64,000 nucleotides of DNA from Moniliella sp. 'wahieum'. Lineage: Eukaryota. The stretch's first letter is position 1. The number at the start of each line of letters is the position of its first letter. The stretch lies in assembly GCA_003971905.1 (NCBI GenBank), contig RSEE01000036.1, forward strand, positions 1-64,000. Direction: 5' to 3'. The notes under the pieces were generated by a model. It saw only the letters and a list, made by a program, of their open reading frames with translations, did no database searches and was not told the DNA's origin. Below are positions 51,180 through 64,000 of the stretch, piece by piece. The position numbers and the translations under genes are program-made.

Positions 51180-54100
51180 TTACCTTGCGTTGCGTCGCCT
51201 GACGGAGCGACTCGTCTTCATGCCACGCTGCGCCAAACCATGCCAGGCACAGATGGAGGCGCTCTCGGTGAGGCCTAAGGCAGATGGTCCAGAAATGTCC
51301 CGAGAGCAACACTTCTCTTCCGACACAGGAACGCCCCTGCGAGCGACGGGAAGCGCGTCGTGCGCACCACGCATGCCACTGGCGAGACATGCCAAGCACG
51401 TGGGGACGTGAGGAGCAGCCGACGGGCACCGTTTGGGTCTGTGCCCGCTGCTCGCACCGCTTCCGTCTCCATTCTCCACCTCGCTGCGGCCCGCGAGTGC
51501 AAGAGGAAAGCGAAAGCAGACAGGTCGGTGGAACGTCGCGTGCGCCACGACGTTTGCCCCTCGTGCACTGCCTACTGCATGGCCAACAGCAAGGCCTACT
51601 GCATGGCCTACTTCTCTGCGCCTTTGCCCGCACGCACATGGCGCACTTTTTTCTTGGCCAGTCCATCGCCCACGGGTGCTGCGACTGGGCCTCATGCTCT
51701 TCGCCCAGGCCATCGTGCCGTGTGCGCTTGGTCTTCTCCCTCTGGCAGGGGATAGCCACGTCGTCCGACGGCCGAGCTTGCTCCGCCTCCCCACGCAGCT
51801 GGATCGGCCCAGCGCTCCCGATCCTAGCTTGGTCCAATAAGACGGATGGGACGGACGAAATGCGAACGGGCGGGTCAGGGGGTCGCATACCCCGCCCCGT
51901 GTCCGGTCGCCCACGCGTCCAGGCCAAGCGACGAGCGACGCCCTGACGGGTCCGTCGGTTCCAGTCGCTGCACCGACCGCTCCACGCGCACACCGCTCCT
52001 CTCTCTCCTGGGCTGGAGCGAGGGCACGGGGGGAAGCCGCACGGGAGAACAGGGCAGGAGGAGGAGGAACAAGGGGCAGGGGGCCCACCGTTGGTTCCTG
52101 CTCACTGGGTCTGATGGCCAGCCGGGAACGGGCCGGCGATGTGGTGTCGGGGTCCACCTCCTGAGCCTGCGCCTCGGATGCACCCGGGTCCACGTCAGCG
52201 TTGGCGCCATCCAGCATTAGCTTTTCGTTTGCCACGGCGGCGGCGCTACTGCCGCGCGACTGTTCGTCCTGCTGCTTCGGTGGCTGGGAACCGTCGCTGT
52301 CCATGGCGGCTAGCATACTCTGTTGTGCCGCATCCGACGGCAACGGCAACGGCAATGGCACCAGCGACGCTTCCGCGTCCGCGTCCGCCTCTGCCTCGTC
52401 CACTTCGACCACTTCGACCGACGTGCGGCCCAGACGAGGGCGGCACGACGGCGCAAGGCCGACGCGGAGCGTGTGGATGGGGCGGGTGCGGAGGGGCTGG
52501 GCTGGCTAACGAGGGAAAAGGGGAGGTGTTCTGGATCGTCGTCCTCGGGCTTAGTTTGGGTGTAGAGACCGTGTTGGTTCATGTACATTTGTGGCGACTG
52601 TAGCAGTGCCCTTCGTTCGGCCCAGACGCGGTGCTTCTCTGCGTCCTCGGCTTCAGCCTCGTACCGCTCCGCCTGCCACGTCGCGATAGCAGGCAGATCA
52701 TCGTCCCACTCGGCCCCGGCGTGCTGGTACGCGCGCAGCGCGGCAAACCCATCGACCTCCTTGCTCGCACCAGGCTGGGTCGTCGTCGACGCGGAACTGG
52801 TCTTGGTTTTGGTTTTGGCCGTGGAAGTGAGCTTGCTTTGGGTCTTGAGTTTGTCTGCCTTTGGTGACCGCGTCGGGATCTGGGACGTGGGCGGGATGGG
52901 GATGGTGATGGGGTCTGGGTGGGATGGGGTGGGGAACGCGGGCGACACCTGTCCTTCCATTCCCGGGTTGGTCGACCGCATGCCCGCCCGCCTCGGGCAG
53001 TCGCGAAGGCGTACTAGGCCGCGGCTGACCCTGGCTCGAGGCCTGAGTCGAAGCAAAAAACTGGCTCAGCCGGGCCGGGGTGGCGTCAGAGCCGGCCAAG
53101 ACGGACGAGGGACGCTGTGGGCACGAAGGGCGGTGGGGCCGAGTCGGGGAGGAGATGTCCGTGGCCTGGGACCAGGCCTGGGTGGGCATCGGGGTAGCCG
53201 TACCTGGCTGGGACAGCGGCGCGTCCGACTCCACCTCGAGGCCGAGCGCTTGGTCAGTCTGCGTGTCGACGGCTTGGGACCCACTCGGCTCGCCCGTGTT
53301 CGCGCTCGTGTTCGCGCTCGCACCGGCTCGCGATGCGGGTGGCATCCCACTCCGCTGCGACGCCATGCGCGTCTGGCCCGGCGGGGGAAATCGCTCTGGC
53401 GCAGGTAGGACGCTTGCGATGGCGGCAACGATGCTTGGGCCAGCACGTGTTCCGTGGGATCCAGGCCACGACTTGGTGGGGACACAGACCCGCCGCGGGA
53501 CGATTGAGTCTGCTTGGCCAACACCTTACTGCTCTCGATGCGATCGTCATCGGAATCGGATGGAATGGCAGGGCGGTACCGGCGCAGTGGGGGCGGCATC
53601 CGGGTGGTAGCCAGATCGTCCATGTCGTCGTCGCTGGCGCCCGCCAAGGTGGTGGGGAGGGGATCGCGCTCGACTCGGTCTGAATCCCACTTTTCGTCCT
53701 GGTCGGGACGATTCGGTGCCGGGGCAGGGGAGTGGGCCTGGCGCCTACCCTGCTCGTCTTCGTGATCCAACGCATCCTCGCTGCCACTCTCGCCATCCTG
53801 CTCGATGGGAGCGATAAAGGACGGGGAGGCGGGACAAAGCGGCGTTGGTGCGGTTCTGCACTCCGCCTGCTCGTAAGCTCGTCGGTCCGGTCGCGGGTGC
53901 GCCGCATCGGCGCGGCGCCACCGACCAAGACGTCGACGGCAGCGATCCCGGCGTGGCCATTTGCAGGACGGGCTTCCTGGCGCGGGATGGCGCGCGGGGT
54001 AAGGGTTGGGCCTTGGGCGGAGCAAACCGAGCGGGCTGGCGGGCGAGCTGCAAGTCAAGCTTGCTTGGGGGCGGTGAGGTGGGTTTGTGGTTGTAATTGT

Positions 54101-56312
54101 GGTTGTGGTTGTGGTTGTGGTTGTGGTTGTGGTTGTGTTTTGGGGGTGGGAAAAGCTTGGATCGCCCCAAGAGACGTTCGCCCAGCAGGCCGCGCTTATT
54201 CTGGGTCCGATGGGGCTGCGCGACGTGAACAGGCTCGATCTCATCGTCCTCGTCCTCGTCCGCGTCCGCGTCCTCGCCGGGTGCGTGAGGAGAGGAGATA
54301 CGAGCCGAACGAGAAGCTATAGTGAAGGGACGCTTGACGTCCCTGTCATTTGATTTTCCCTGTCCCTGCCCCTTCTCTTTACCCTTTGCCGTTGCCTTTT
54401 CCTTTGCCTTTTCCTGTTCTGTTTCCTTGGCGTTGGCGTTTGAGCTCCAGGTCGAAAGCGGCGTGTCGACATCACTTGCCTCGTCGTCCCACTCGTCCTT
54501 CCGCAACCGATCCGTAGTCAGCGCGGCGATGCTGTTTTCGCTCATGTCCACAGGCGGTTCGCTCGTGGGGGCGTTTGGCAGGGCCGAGATCCGGTCGTGG
54601 GACCGATTTGGGCTCGGGCCGAGCGAGCTTGGGAGGCCCCGCTTGGATCGCCTCGTGCAGCCTGGAAACACCAAACGTGGGGGGTTCCCTGCGGCGCGAC
54701 TGGGTCTCGTGCACATGCGCCACGCTGCGCGTGGCGTCCATCTTGGGGGTGCATCCCCGCGCAGCGCTTCTGTCTCGTCCGGTTCGCGAAGAGAGAACGT
54801 CTGGGGAAGGTGTCAGTAGTGGGAGGGGAGGCAAGCCAAAGCCCAGAAGGAAACGGTACCTTGTGTTTAAGCCCCTTGGGCCTCGCGGGGCGTTTCGGCT
54901 GATGCGCATCCATCCTGTCCTCGGGCTCGGAATCGGAAAAGAAGCCAGACGGGTGGGGCAACGCCGAGGGTCTCGATAAGGCGACAACTTGACCTTGGAC
55001 CTGGGCAGGTCCGGATCCCGAACCGGGACAGAACGAAACAGGTCCTGCGTCCCGGGCCATTGGTCGCCATCGTCGTCCAACAATCCCATCATGTGGGCGC
55101 CCAAGGTCGTCGTCACGCCCTTGGTATCGACAGCGATAAGGGGGTGTACCGATTTGGCATTCGCGGCCGCGGTCGCGGTCGCTCCAGCTGCTGCTGCTGC
55201 TGCTGCGGCTGCTGCGGCTGCTGCCTGGAATTCCCGCGCTGTCCCCCTTCTCTTCTGAACAAGATCCACGAGGCGTGAGGTCTTCCCGGACGGTTTGGCC
55301 GCCTTACGTGTATCCCGCCGGACGCGGGGGGCGACTTGTTCTCTGCGCATTCGGCCAGGTGCAAGCGGAGGGTGCGTGTGGAGGTAGAGGTAGAGGTGGA
55401 GGTAGTGAGAGGAGTGGAGTGCCGGCGGGTGCCCCCCGACGCAGTTGACTCACTTGAGCATGCGCGGTCGGCGCTGGCCGGCGCCGAACGGGGCGTCGCG
55501 CGTCCGGCCCGGCGGGGTGGGAACTTGGTAGTCACGTCATAGTCGTCGTCGTCATAATCGTCGTCGTCGTCGTCGTCATCGTCCTCCTCCTCCTCCTCCT
55601 CCTCCTCGGCCTCGTCCACCACGTTTTCGTCGTTCTCTTCCCCCTCCCTGCGCTTTTCCTGATCCCTGCCATCATCACCATCACCATCGTCATCACCGTC
55701 ATCTTCATCTTCATCGTCTTCCGGTTGGCCCTGCTGCTCGCCCATCCCGCCCGCGCTCTGCGCCTCAGGGCTACCTTCAATCTCGTCGGTCGAAGGAGCG
55801 CGGGGGTCGCAGCCGGGCTGCGGATCGGGGGACGAAGCGAGCCGAGGCGGGCGGGAAGGCGTGGTGGGCAGATCAATCTCATCGGGCTCCTCGGGCTCAT
55901 CGGGCGAGTCCGAGGCGGGAAAGGAAGGGTGGCGGGACAGACCGCGCTTGCGGCCATCGGATCGTTGGACGTAGTACTGGTCGTCCGAGTCGGAGTGGCA
56001 AGGCGGCGCAGACGGGAGGTGCGCGAGGATGAGGTCGTCGTCGGCATCGACGTCAATATCAATGTCGTCGTCGATGGCGGGTTGAGGGCGATGTCGTTAT
56101 CGACGTCGATACTAGCGTGCGCCTCGGCGGGTCCGCCGCCGGGATCGGGCCCGGGGTGGGGGAGCGCCGGGGCCGGCGCAGGCGACTTGGACTTGGGCAG
56201 CGGCGGGCCCGCGGGCGGGCGCGAGCGGATGGCGAGGTGGGGTCGGGGGAGGTCTGGCTGGCCTGCGAGGACTGGAGCTGGCCATGGGCGGCAGCGACGA
56301 CGAGTCGGCCAT
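51180..56312 (-). CDS. Large disordered acidic protein, Mrc1/claspin-like (tentative)
   Basis: Chain of frameshifted minus ORFs; acidic tracts; PQMYMNQHGLYTQTKP resembles a motif I recall from basidiomycete Mrc1 proteins; 3' end uncertain. Confidence 0.4.
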
Positions 56313-56651
56313 GGCAGACAGCGGCCGAGAAGGAGGCCGGCGGAAGCGGTGGTGGCGGCGGGCGGGTGTCGCGTCGCGTGCCGGCGAGTGACTATAACTT
56401 GCAAGAAATCCGATCCTATCTTATCCTATCCTATCCTATGCGATTCCATCCTTGGTCCCACACAGCCCTCCCAATCGCCGCGTCGCGACTCGCATCAGCT
56501 GTGAGAGAGAGACTAGAGGCTAGTCCATCTGTCTACCCGTCTACCTGTCCACCGCTTCTGTTGACCAATTGAGGGCACATCCCATCCATCATCGCTTGAA
56601 TCCACCCAGCAAACCATCGGGAAAAAAAACGCGGGAGCAGCTGGCGGCGGG

Positions 56652-59600
56652 CTACTCGTGGGGCACATGCGTCTCGATCGCCTGGACCAGCTTGCGGCCA
56701 TCGGGGACGGACATGACGCGAACGCGGTACGCAACAGGGGTCGTGCCCTCGTGGCCGAGGAACGTAACCACCTTACCTTCCAGTTTAGGTTCCATGCCGC
56801 GGTAGAGCAAAAAGTTCACCAGCACATGGTTTGCCGGCTCAGATCGGAGCAGTAACCGAGCCTGCCCCGATCCGGGTAGCACCGTCACCTTCATCATTCC
56901 TACCCCTACGTTTTCCCACGCCGACCCGGCCAGCTTGAACACCTTCGTCCGCACTTCTTCCACCACGCCTGTATCCTGTTCGTCCTCCACTCCTTCCTCT
57001 GCACCAGGCGCGGCAGCGGCAGGAGAGCCATTCGTGGCTGCTGGCACGGCGGGAGCGGCAGAAGCAATCGGAGGCGCCGACGATGGGACAGGCGCTGCCT
57101 TCTCAGCCGATGCAGCCGGTGGAGCAGGTGCCGACGTAGACGCAGGTGCAGGTGTTGTGCCGCTCAGAGTGGCCGAGGGACCCTTCTTGGTCTTGGCGCC
57201 ATCGAGCAACGCCGTCTGGAGCGACTTGGCCTCGGCGGGGGTTTTGACGCGAAGACGGTACTGGGTCATCTTGCCCTGCTGGTCGTACCCAACAAACGAC
57301 AAGGCGACCTTGTCCACACGAACGGTCAAGTCGGGATACAGGGCAAAGTTCTATCCCAGGCGCAAAGCAAAGGTCGAAGGCAAGGCAAAAGAAATGAAAA
57401 GAAAGAAAGAAAAGGAGGGCAGGGAAGGGCAGGGAAGAGTAGAATAGGATAAGTTAGCTTGGCACATACACATACAACACACACACACGCAACCCGCACC
57501 AACAACCAAACAAAAACAAAAGACACAGGGAGCAAGGCGAGGCAGAAAGAAAATCAAGTACGTACAATGAGGACATTATTGTTACCTTCGGAGCGCATCA
57601 GGGCGCGTGTGCGGCCCGTTTCGAGGTGGCGGGTGACACGGAACAGGCCCACGCCCACCACGCTCCACTTGCCATCATCCATGCGCATCGCTTTCACCCG
57701 TGCCTCCCCCAGAGTCCGCTCGCCCTCCTCGCCCTCCACGGGCGTACTGGCCTCCGCGGCCGTCGGGTCCGCGGCCTTCGGGTCCGAGGCGGCCGGAGGT
57801 GGGATGGCAGCAGGGGCCGACGGGGCCGGAAGAGAAGTAGGATTGGACGTAGGATCCAAGGCAAACGAGGGCAACTTGGCCGGGGGTGTGGCCAAAGCCA
57901 CGTCGATCGCAGCCTTTTCCGGGGAGCGAGGCGGCTGTGCGCCTCCACCAGCGCTCCCACCAACAGACAGAGGGAGGCCCAGGTCAAACGCCGGCAACGT
58001 CGACGCAGGTTTGTCCCGTACGAGTTGCTGGGGGTGTGCGTGCGAGTGTGCGTGTGGGTGAGCGCATGCGGCGCGGGCTGGCTGCTGCAGGGTCCGGAAC
58101 CGGATGCGAGGAAGTGACCGGCGCCAGCGGTACGGTCACCAGTCCAAAGGAGGAGCTAGACTGCGCCTTTGGGGTGGCAGTGGGCGGCTCGGACAGCACA
58201 GCGGACCCAGCCGCCGTCGGTTCGACCGGCTTGGGCGTGGGCTTGGGCATCTGGAACGAAAAGCTCGGTTTCGGGGTGGGCTCTGCCGGCTGAGCCGTCT
58301 GGAACGAAAAGGTGGGTTTCGGTGTGGGCTCTGCCGGCTGGGCCGTCTGGAACGAAAAGGTGGGTTTCGGTGTGGGCTCTGCCGGCTGAGCTGTCTGGAA
58401 CGAAAAGGTGGGTTTGGCGGCCGAGAGGCCAGGCTGGGACGACGGTTTGGGGGCCGGCGCGGGGGCTGAGACCGAGACGGGAGGGGTGAAGGTGAACGCC
58501 GCAGAGGGCGGAGCGACAGAGGCGCTCGAGCCCGAGCCAGATCCGAAGCCCGATCCAGAGGCGGGGGAAAGTGGAGCTGTCGTCAGCGAGGGAAACGGAA
58601 GCCGAAGCGGAGGTGGAGAGGGAGAGGGACGACGAGTCAGCGAGCGAGGCATGTTTCAACGGCGACGAGTGGCGCGGGATAGAGGAGGTCCAATGTGCCG
58701 AGCGACGGGTAGGGCTGCGGCTCGGGCTGGGGCTACGCGCTTTGTGGGTGGGACCGGGCTCGGGGGCGGTACCGGTGGGCGCGTGGGTCGGTTGACTCGA
58801 TTGGCTCGGTTTGCCTATCTTGCTTGGTTGGCTTTTCTTGCCCGACTTGCCTTGTCGGGTTTGTTGCGCCGTCTGCTGGATCAACGCGACCAAGTCCTGC
58901 CCGCATCCTTGCGGGCCGAAGAAGCCTCATCCGAAGCCGAACCCGAAGCGGAAGCGGAAGGGAGCAGCATGTTTCTTGGCATGGCGTTCTTTCAGTGCTT
59001 TCTTCTGCTTCTCCAGCATGCGTTGCACGCGCTTCGACGCGTCCTCCGACGCAGACGCGGCAGTGGCCTGCGTCGGTCCGGCGGAGGGGGCCAGGGCGGC
59101 ATACGGATTAGTCATGGCGGCACGGGCGCGAGCCACATGGTCTTCCGGCAACGGATTCTCCGCGAGCAAGTCCTTGATGGTCGAAGCGACCAACGACCGT
59201 TTGGCCGGCTTGGGTTTGGGGGCGGGGAGGTAGAGCCCGGGTGGAAGGCAGCGTTAGCCGCCTCCTGCTTGGCTGTGGCAGGCGCAGACGCAGACGCAAA
59301 CGCAGATGCAGACGCAGGTGCAGGCGGGAGAACCGTAACGGGGGTCGGGTTCGGAGCGTCGTCTTCGACCTCGCGCAACCGGGGCCGTTTGGCCGCAGGC
59401 TGCGTGTCCAGCACCGCGCCGTACACGCCTGGAGGACGGTACGGAGTGAACAGGCTTGCGCGGCCCGGCTCGGCTTTGGCCCCGAGCGAACGGACGGTGG
59501 CTGTCGCACGCCTGCGCTGTCCGGAGGGGGTGTAGATGGTGACCTTGCGTGTTGGGCGTGTGCTGGGCGGGTTGCGTGGTACGGGTGGTCGAGCGGGAGG

Positions 59601-60764
59601 CAGCGGTGGGCGCGGCGGGCGTGGCAGTCGGGAGGGTAGAAGGCCGTGACGCGACGGACGAGACTGAACGCGGAAGGACATTCTGCGTCGGCATGCTGCC
59701 GATCCCTCGTGCGCACGCGCGCCAGAGGGGGGTGGAGGTGGACGTGGAGAGGGAGGAGGCGTAGCACTGCTGCATCAGCTCTTTGCATCCAGCCCACTCC
59801 CTCCTGCTAGGCTGGGGTCCCGCGGGGCCCGATGCCTTTTCTTGGAAAAAACTGGCTGAGCAGCGCATAAGTGTTCTCTCGGCTTTCGCTCGCCTCGTCC
59901 AGAGTAAAGCTGGGCTCCGTGTCGAGAGGCACGTCAGGGTGGTGCTTCGGATCGTGTGGCTGCTGCTGTGCTGCTGCTGCTGCTGCTGCTCTTGCTCTCT
60001 TCAGCATCGGCCTCAGCGAGCGCCTGGGCCTCGATTCCGCTCCAAGCCGACCGAGAAGGGATGCGAGCACCGACGGGGCCATAGCCTACCGACGCACTCA
60101 CCTCGGCCGCGCTCGTGTTGCCCATCTGGCTAAAGGAGATGTGCGGGCGGGACGCGATGGGCGTCGAGGCGACGGGCATCAGGGTCTGCGCGCGGAGGGC
60201 GCAGAGAGGACATGGCCTCCGACACGTGTCCCGGTGTGGGGGGCGGTGCGACGGCCGCGGGTGGCTCGGGGTAAGATTCGTGTCCAAACGCGGCGGAATG
60301 GGTGCGACGGCGGGAGCGCGAAGGCCAGAGGACGGACATGATCGAGTCCAAGTAGGACGTGGGCTTGGGAGTGGTCTGGACTTGGCCTGGGACTTGGACT
60401 TGGCCTTGGACTTGGGAGGGGCCGTGGACGCGGGGTCGAGGTCCGAGGCCAGGTGGCGGCGGCGACTGGAGCGGGCAAAGGTGGAGGTGGAGGTGAAGGG
60501 GGCGGAGACGGAGGGAGGCGCATGGGCTCGAGATCCAGGGTGGAGATGTCGCTGTGGGGACGGTGGCCACTGGCAACACGCGTGCTGGGACGCCAGGACG
60601 GCCGAGGCGAGTAGGCGGCGAGGGGGGTGCGGAGCGGGGCCGAGGTTGTAGTAGGGCGCGGCGGGCAGAGAGGGCGGGGCGTAGCCAGCGGGCGTCAGGC
60701 CGGGCGGGGGGCGCGCCCGGAGCTCGGGGGCGCGCGCGGGCGCATCCGCGGGCAGGTCGATCAT
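56652..60764 (-). CDS. Nuclear-basket nucleoporin-like protein: Nup60-like N-terminal motif, FxF repeats and two tandem RanBD1 domains
   Basis: YALLSQFFQEK..EWAGCKELM; (PTFSFQTAQPAEPTPK)n; RanBD 1 EGEEGE..RVKAMRM..WSVVGVGLFRV..RALMRSEG..VLI|NF (intron 57351-57565); RanBD 2 GVEDE..RTKVFKL..WENVGVGMMKV..RLLLRSE..VLVNF..YRVRV. Confidence 0.75.
58251..58415 (-). repeat. 48-bp coding minisatellite, about 3.4 copies (FSFQTAQPAEPTPKPT)
   Basis: ctggaacgaaaa recurs at 58251, 58299, 58347 and 58395. Confidence 0.92.
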
Positions 60765-62598
60765 GGCGGGCGGCGGCGAGGAGGACGCGGTGGTGGTGGT
60801 GGTGGTGGGCAGGAGGACGCGGTTGCCAACCGCGGAGCTGAGCCAAGCAAGAAGGCAACAGCACTGGGCTCGCACGGCGCCAGGTGGGACGCCGGGCGTT
60901 GCTAGGGTTGCTGCACTCTCCTCAAACCGTCCGGAGCCCAGTCGCCCGTAGCGACCCAGTCCGATCGCAGCAGAAGCGAGCAGGCGATTGGCCAGGCACA
61001 CCCTCCATCCACCACCCCCCCGTCAGCACTGCGTCCGTCGCTTGCCCCATTTCAGCGAAGAGGCACGATTCGCATGGCTACTCGTTCAGTTACTTACGGG
61101 CTGCACGCAGTACAACACAATCCATACAATACATACAATTACAAGCTGGCAGGAAAAAGCAGGCAACGTGCGACAAGGGATGCTGCCCACAAGAGGGGGA
61201 CAGCCATTGCAATCGTGCGTGCGCAGGTAGAAGATGGGGTATCGGGTGGGATATGAAGGGGATCAAGACAGAAAGCGGGCAACGGCCAATCTGAGCAGCA
61301 ACCGCCAAAAAAAGGTCAGCAACTCTACTTCACGACGAACCCGCCACGCACGAGTGCGGAGGGAAGCAAGGAAAAACGAAGCAAAGCGAAACAAAATCAG
61401 AGAGAAGATTGATCACGTCACACAGGGACGAAGCTGCATGCCCCAGCCGCCTCCTGGCCAGCGGGACACCAGAACGCTTGAGCCCAGGTGGCTCACACCT
61501 GCTCCACCTCCGCTCCTGCAAGGAGGAAGGGGGGGGGCAGAGCAAGGAGCGTGCCTGAGCGCAGTTGGCTCTGGGTCCACCAGCACCTGGGCCGGCCGGG
61601 GGGTGCGCAAGACAGGGGCCCAAAGGGCGCGTCTGTCTTCCGCGCAGCTCCGCCCCCGATCGGGGAATGGATTATCTGTGTCTTCATCATGAAGGCGAGA
61701 GGGGAGCCGGGGACGGGGCAGAGCAAAGAACGTACGGTGGGTGCGGCCGAGGCGGGCTGCCTGTGCGTGCTCAGCGAGGGAAGAGACGCATGCTGGGGGG
61801 TGGGTGGAGAAGACGGGTGGAGAAGACGGGGGGAGAAGACGTGGATGCGTCGTCTGAAAAGCACGTGTGGATGGTGAGGGGCGGAACAGGAAGGGGCGGA
61901 AGCGCAGGGGGATGTGATTTGCCAGCCCACCTCGGACAAACTGGGCGATGGGGATCGACGATGGCAGATGGCCGGTCGGTCGGATCACGGCAACGCGAGA
62001 CGGCACTCCTGTCCAAGGCAAGGCCTAGCCCAGGGGGGTAGAGGGACAGAGCAAGGAGAGATAGCATCGCATTCGATGGGACATGCACAAAACACAACAA
62101 CCCAAGCAAAAAGAAAGGAGTAGGTCGGACTTGAACCAACGACTTCAAGATGATGTCAACACACAAGTTGCAATCACACACGCTAACCGCTGCGTCACTA
62201 CTCCCTTGGGACCAGCGTGGAGGGCTGCAACTACTACATCCATCCCTCAGTTCAATTCCCAGTGGAGAGAGAAAGAAAGGGCCCTCCTTCTTCGGTCCTT
62301 GTAGCTCCCACAAGAACCCAGTCAAGTGCCACCTGTTTGGGAAGGAGCACGCCATCGAACGTGCGCGCCGACATGACGAGCGGCTGGCGGCGGATGGTGG
62401 GCGGGCGCTTGCCGGTGCTCGCGACGGCCATCTGGGCCTGGTTGAACGTTGATCATCGATAATCGATAACCGCCCTTCCGCCCATTCCGCCTGGCGCCCA
62501 CGCCGAAATGTTCAGAGGCGGCAGGAGCGGCAGATAGATAACAAGGCCAGCCTCCTCGGCGCTGCCCTCCCGCTCCCCCTCCCCGCCCACCCGCCATC

Positions 62599-63458
62599 AT
62601 GCCGCCGCCCGTCGCGTGCGCCGCCTCCTCCTCCTCGCCATCGCCATCGCCGTTGGCGGTGCGGCCGCGTGCCCCGACGCCGCTGCCGACGCAGCACGGC
62701 CTGGCGCCGCGCTCGCAGCGCGGCGCGACCCAGCCGTCGGGCGGCCGCTCCCTTGTCCGCCGCTCACCTGGGCCAGGTCAACGTGCTGCACACGACCGAC
62801 ATTCATGGGTGGTACCAGGGCCACCTTGCAGCGACGCAGCCCGAGCCGAACTACTCGGCGGACTGGGGCGACTTTGTGAGTTTCGTGGCGCATCTGCGTC
62901 GGCAAGCGGCGCTGCGGGGTGTGGACCTGCTCCTGGTCGACACGGGCGATTTGCAGACGGCACGGGGTTGGCCGATTCGCCTCCCCAGGCCAAGTTGCCA
63001 GCCACACTGCCAACCAGTTCCACCTTATGGTCCACTACGATGTCCTGACGCCCGGCAACCACAACCTGTACAACTACACGCTTGCTCTCGACACGTACAC
63101 GCACTATGTGCCTGCCACCGCTGGCCGCTTCCTGGCGTCCAACATCACCTCACCCTCCCCTCGGGCGAGGAGGTGCGATGGGCAAGCGGTACCGCAAGTT
63201 TACCACCGCGCTCGGCCGCCGCGTCACGGCGTTTCGGTGTGCTGTTCAATTTCATGGCGCCGACAAGGGCATTGCGGTGCAGCGGGTGGAAGCGATGGTG
63301 CAGGAACCTTGGTTCCTCGAGGCCATCCAAGATCCACCCGATTTTCTTGGTCACAGGTACGTGTCGTATGCGCGCTGTTATCTTGCGTCAGGTGGAGAGG
63401 TAGAGTGGGGTGCACGAGTGCTGACTGACACAACCTGCCGTCTCGTTCGTTCGTTCGC

Positions 63459-63537
<79 letters not shown>

Positions 63538-64000
63538 GGGCAGGCCACATGCCCGTCGCGCGAGACAACTTCCCGACGGTGATCCAGGCCATTCGGAAGC
63601 TACATCCCACCACGCCCATCCTCGTTCTTGGTGGCCACACGCACATCCGAGACTGTGTGGTGTACGACGGTATGCGATGGGGCTGGGAGTGGGCGGTACC
63701 TCGAGACGGTAGGCTGGCTACGCCAACGCCTCAAACTTTCACGTTCCATCCTCGGGTGCAATGGCCACGTCGGACGAAATTTCGTTTGCGCGGTCGTACA
63801 TTGATGCGAACCGGCGCAACTATGCGATCCATGCTGGGCTCGCCTCGGAGGGCGGGTTGGACACCCCGCGCGGAGTCAACATTTCCCTTGCGCTGGACCA
63901 GATAGCTACCGAGTGGAACCTGAGCCACGTGCTGGGGCACGCGCCACAAGATTATTCCCTAGACGGGTATGCGGCGACGGACCAACGGTCGCTTCTGCAT
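62599..64000 (+). CDS. Secreted/vacuolar calcineurin-like metallophosphatase (5'-nucleotidase, YHR202W-like), runs off the window
   Basis: Signal-like [51 protein letters not shown]; intron 63357-63543 joins [20 protein letters not shown]. Confidence 0.9.
63459..63537. repeat. (TGTC)n intronic microsatellite
   Basis: Read directly. Confidence 0.95.

Overview
Eukaryotic, fungal (most likely basidiomycete) chromosome segment. Two gene-dense, GC-rich, microsatellite-rich arms carry housekeeping genes. The left arm has ubiquitin-S27a, an ERI1-like SAP exonuclease, an Rvs167-like BAR-SH3 protein, a TauD/Jlp1 dioxygenase, an ARM-like protein and UDP-galactopyranose mutase. The right arm has eIF2-gamma, a PPR-like protein, Smp3/PIG-Z, UreG, an Mrc1-like protein, a nucleoporin with two Ran-binding domains and a YHR202W-type metallophosphatase. 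Between them lies an ~18 kb block (~23.15-41.15 kb) with lower GC and no recognisable host gene, built largely from transposon layers: three co-oriented, heavily decayed Ty3/gypsy fossils, a decayed DNA-transposase relic, a young Ty1/copia element (identical 160-bp LTRs, CTCGC TSD) and an older solo LTR of the same family. I read this block as a candidate regional centromere. The copia element is itself unusual: an in-frame TAG separates gag and pol (readthrough candidate), the primer-binding site is non-canonical, and no CCHC knuckle is visible in Gag. Nearly every gene, including essential ones, carries small frameshifts, most likely uncorrected long-read indel errors, so CDS coordinates are approximate. 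All family assignments come from motif recognition by eye, not from database searches.
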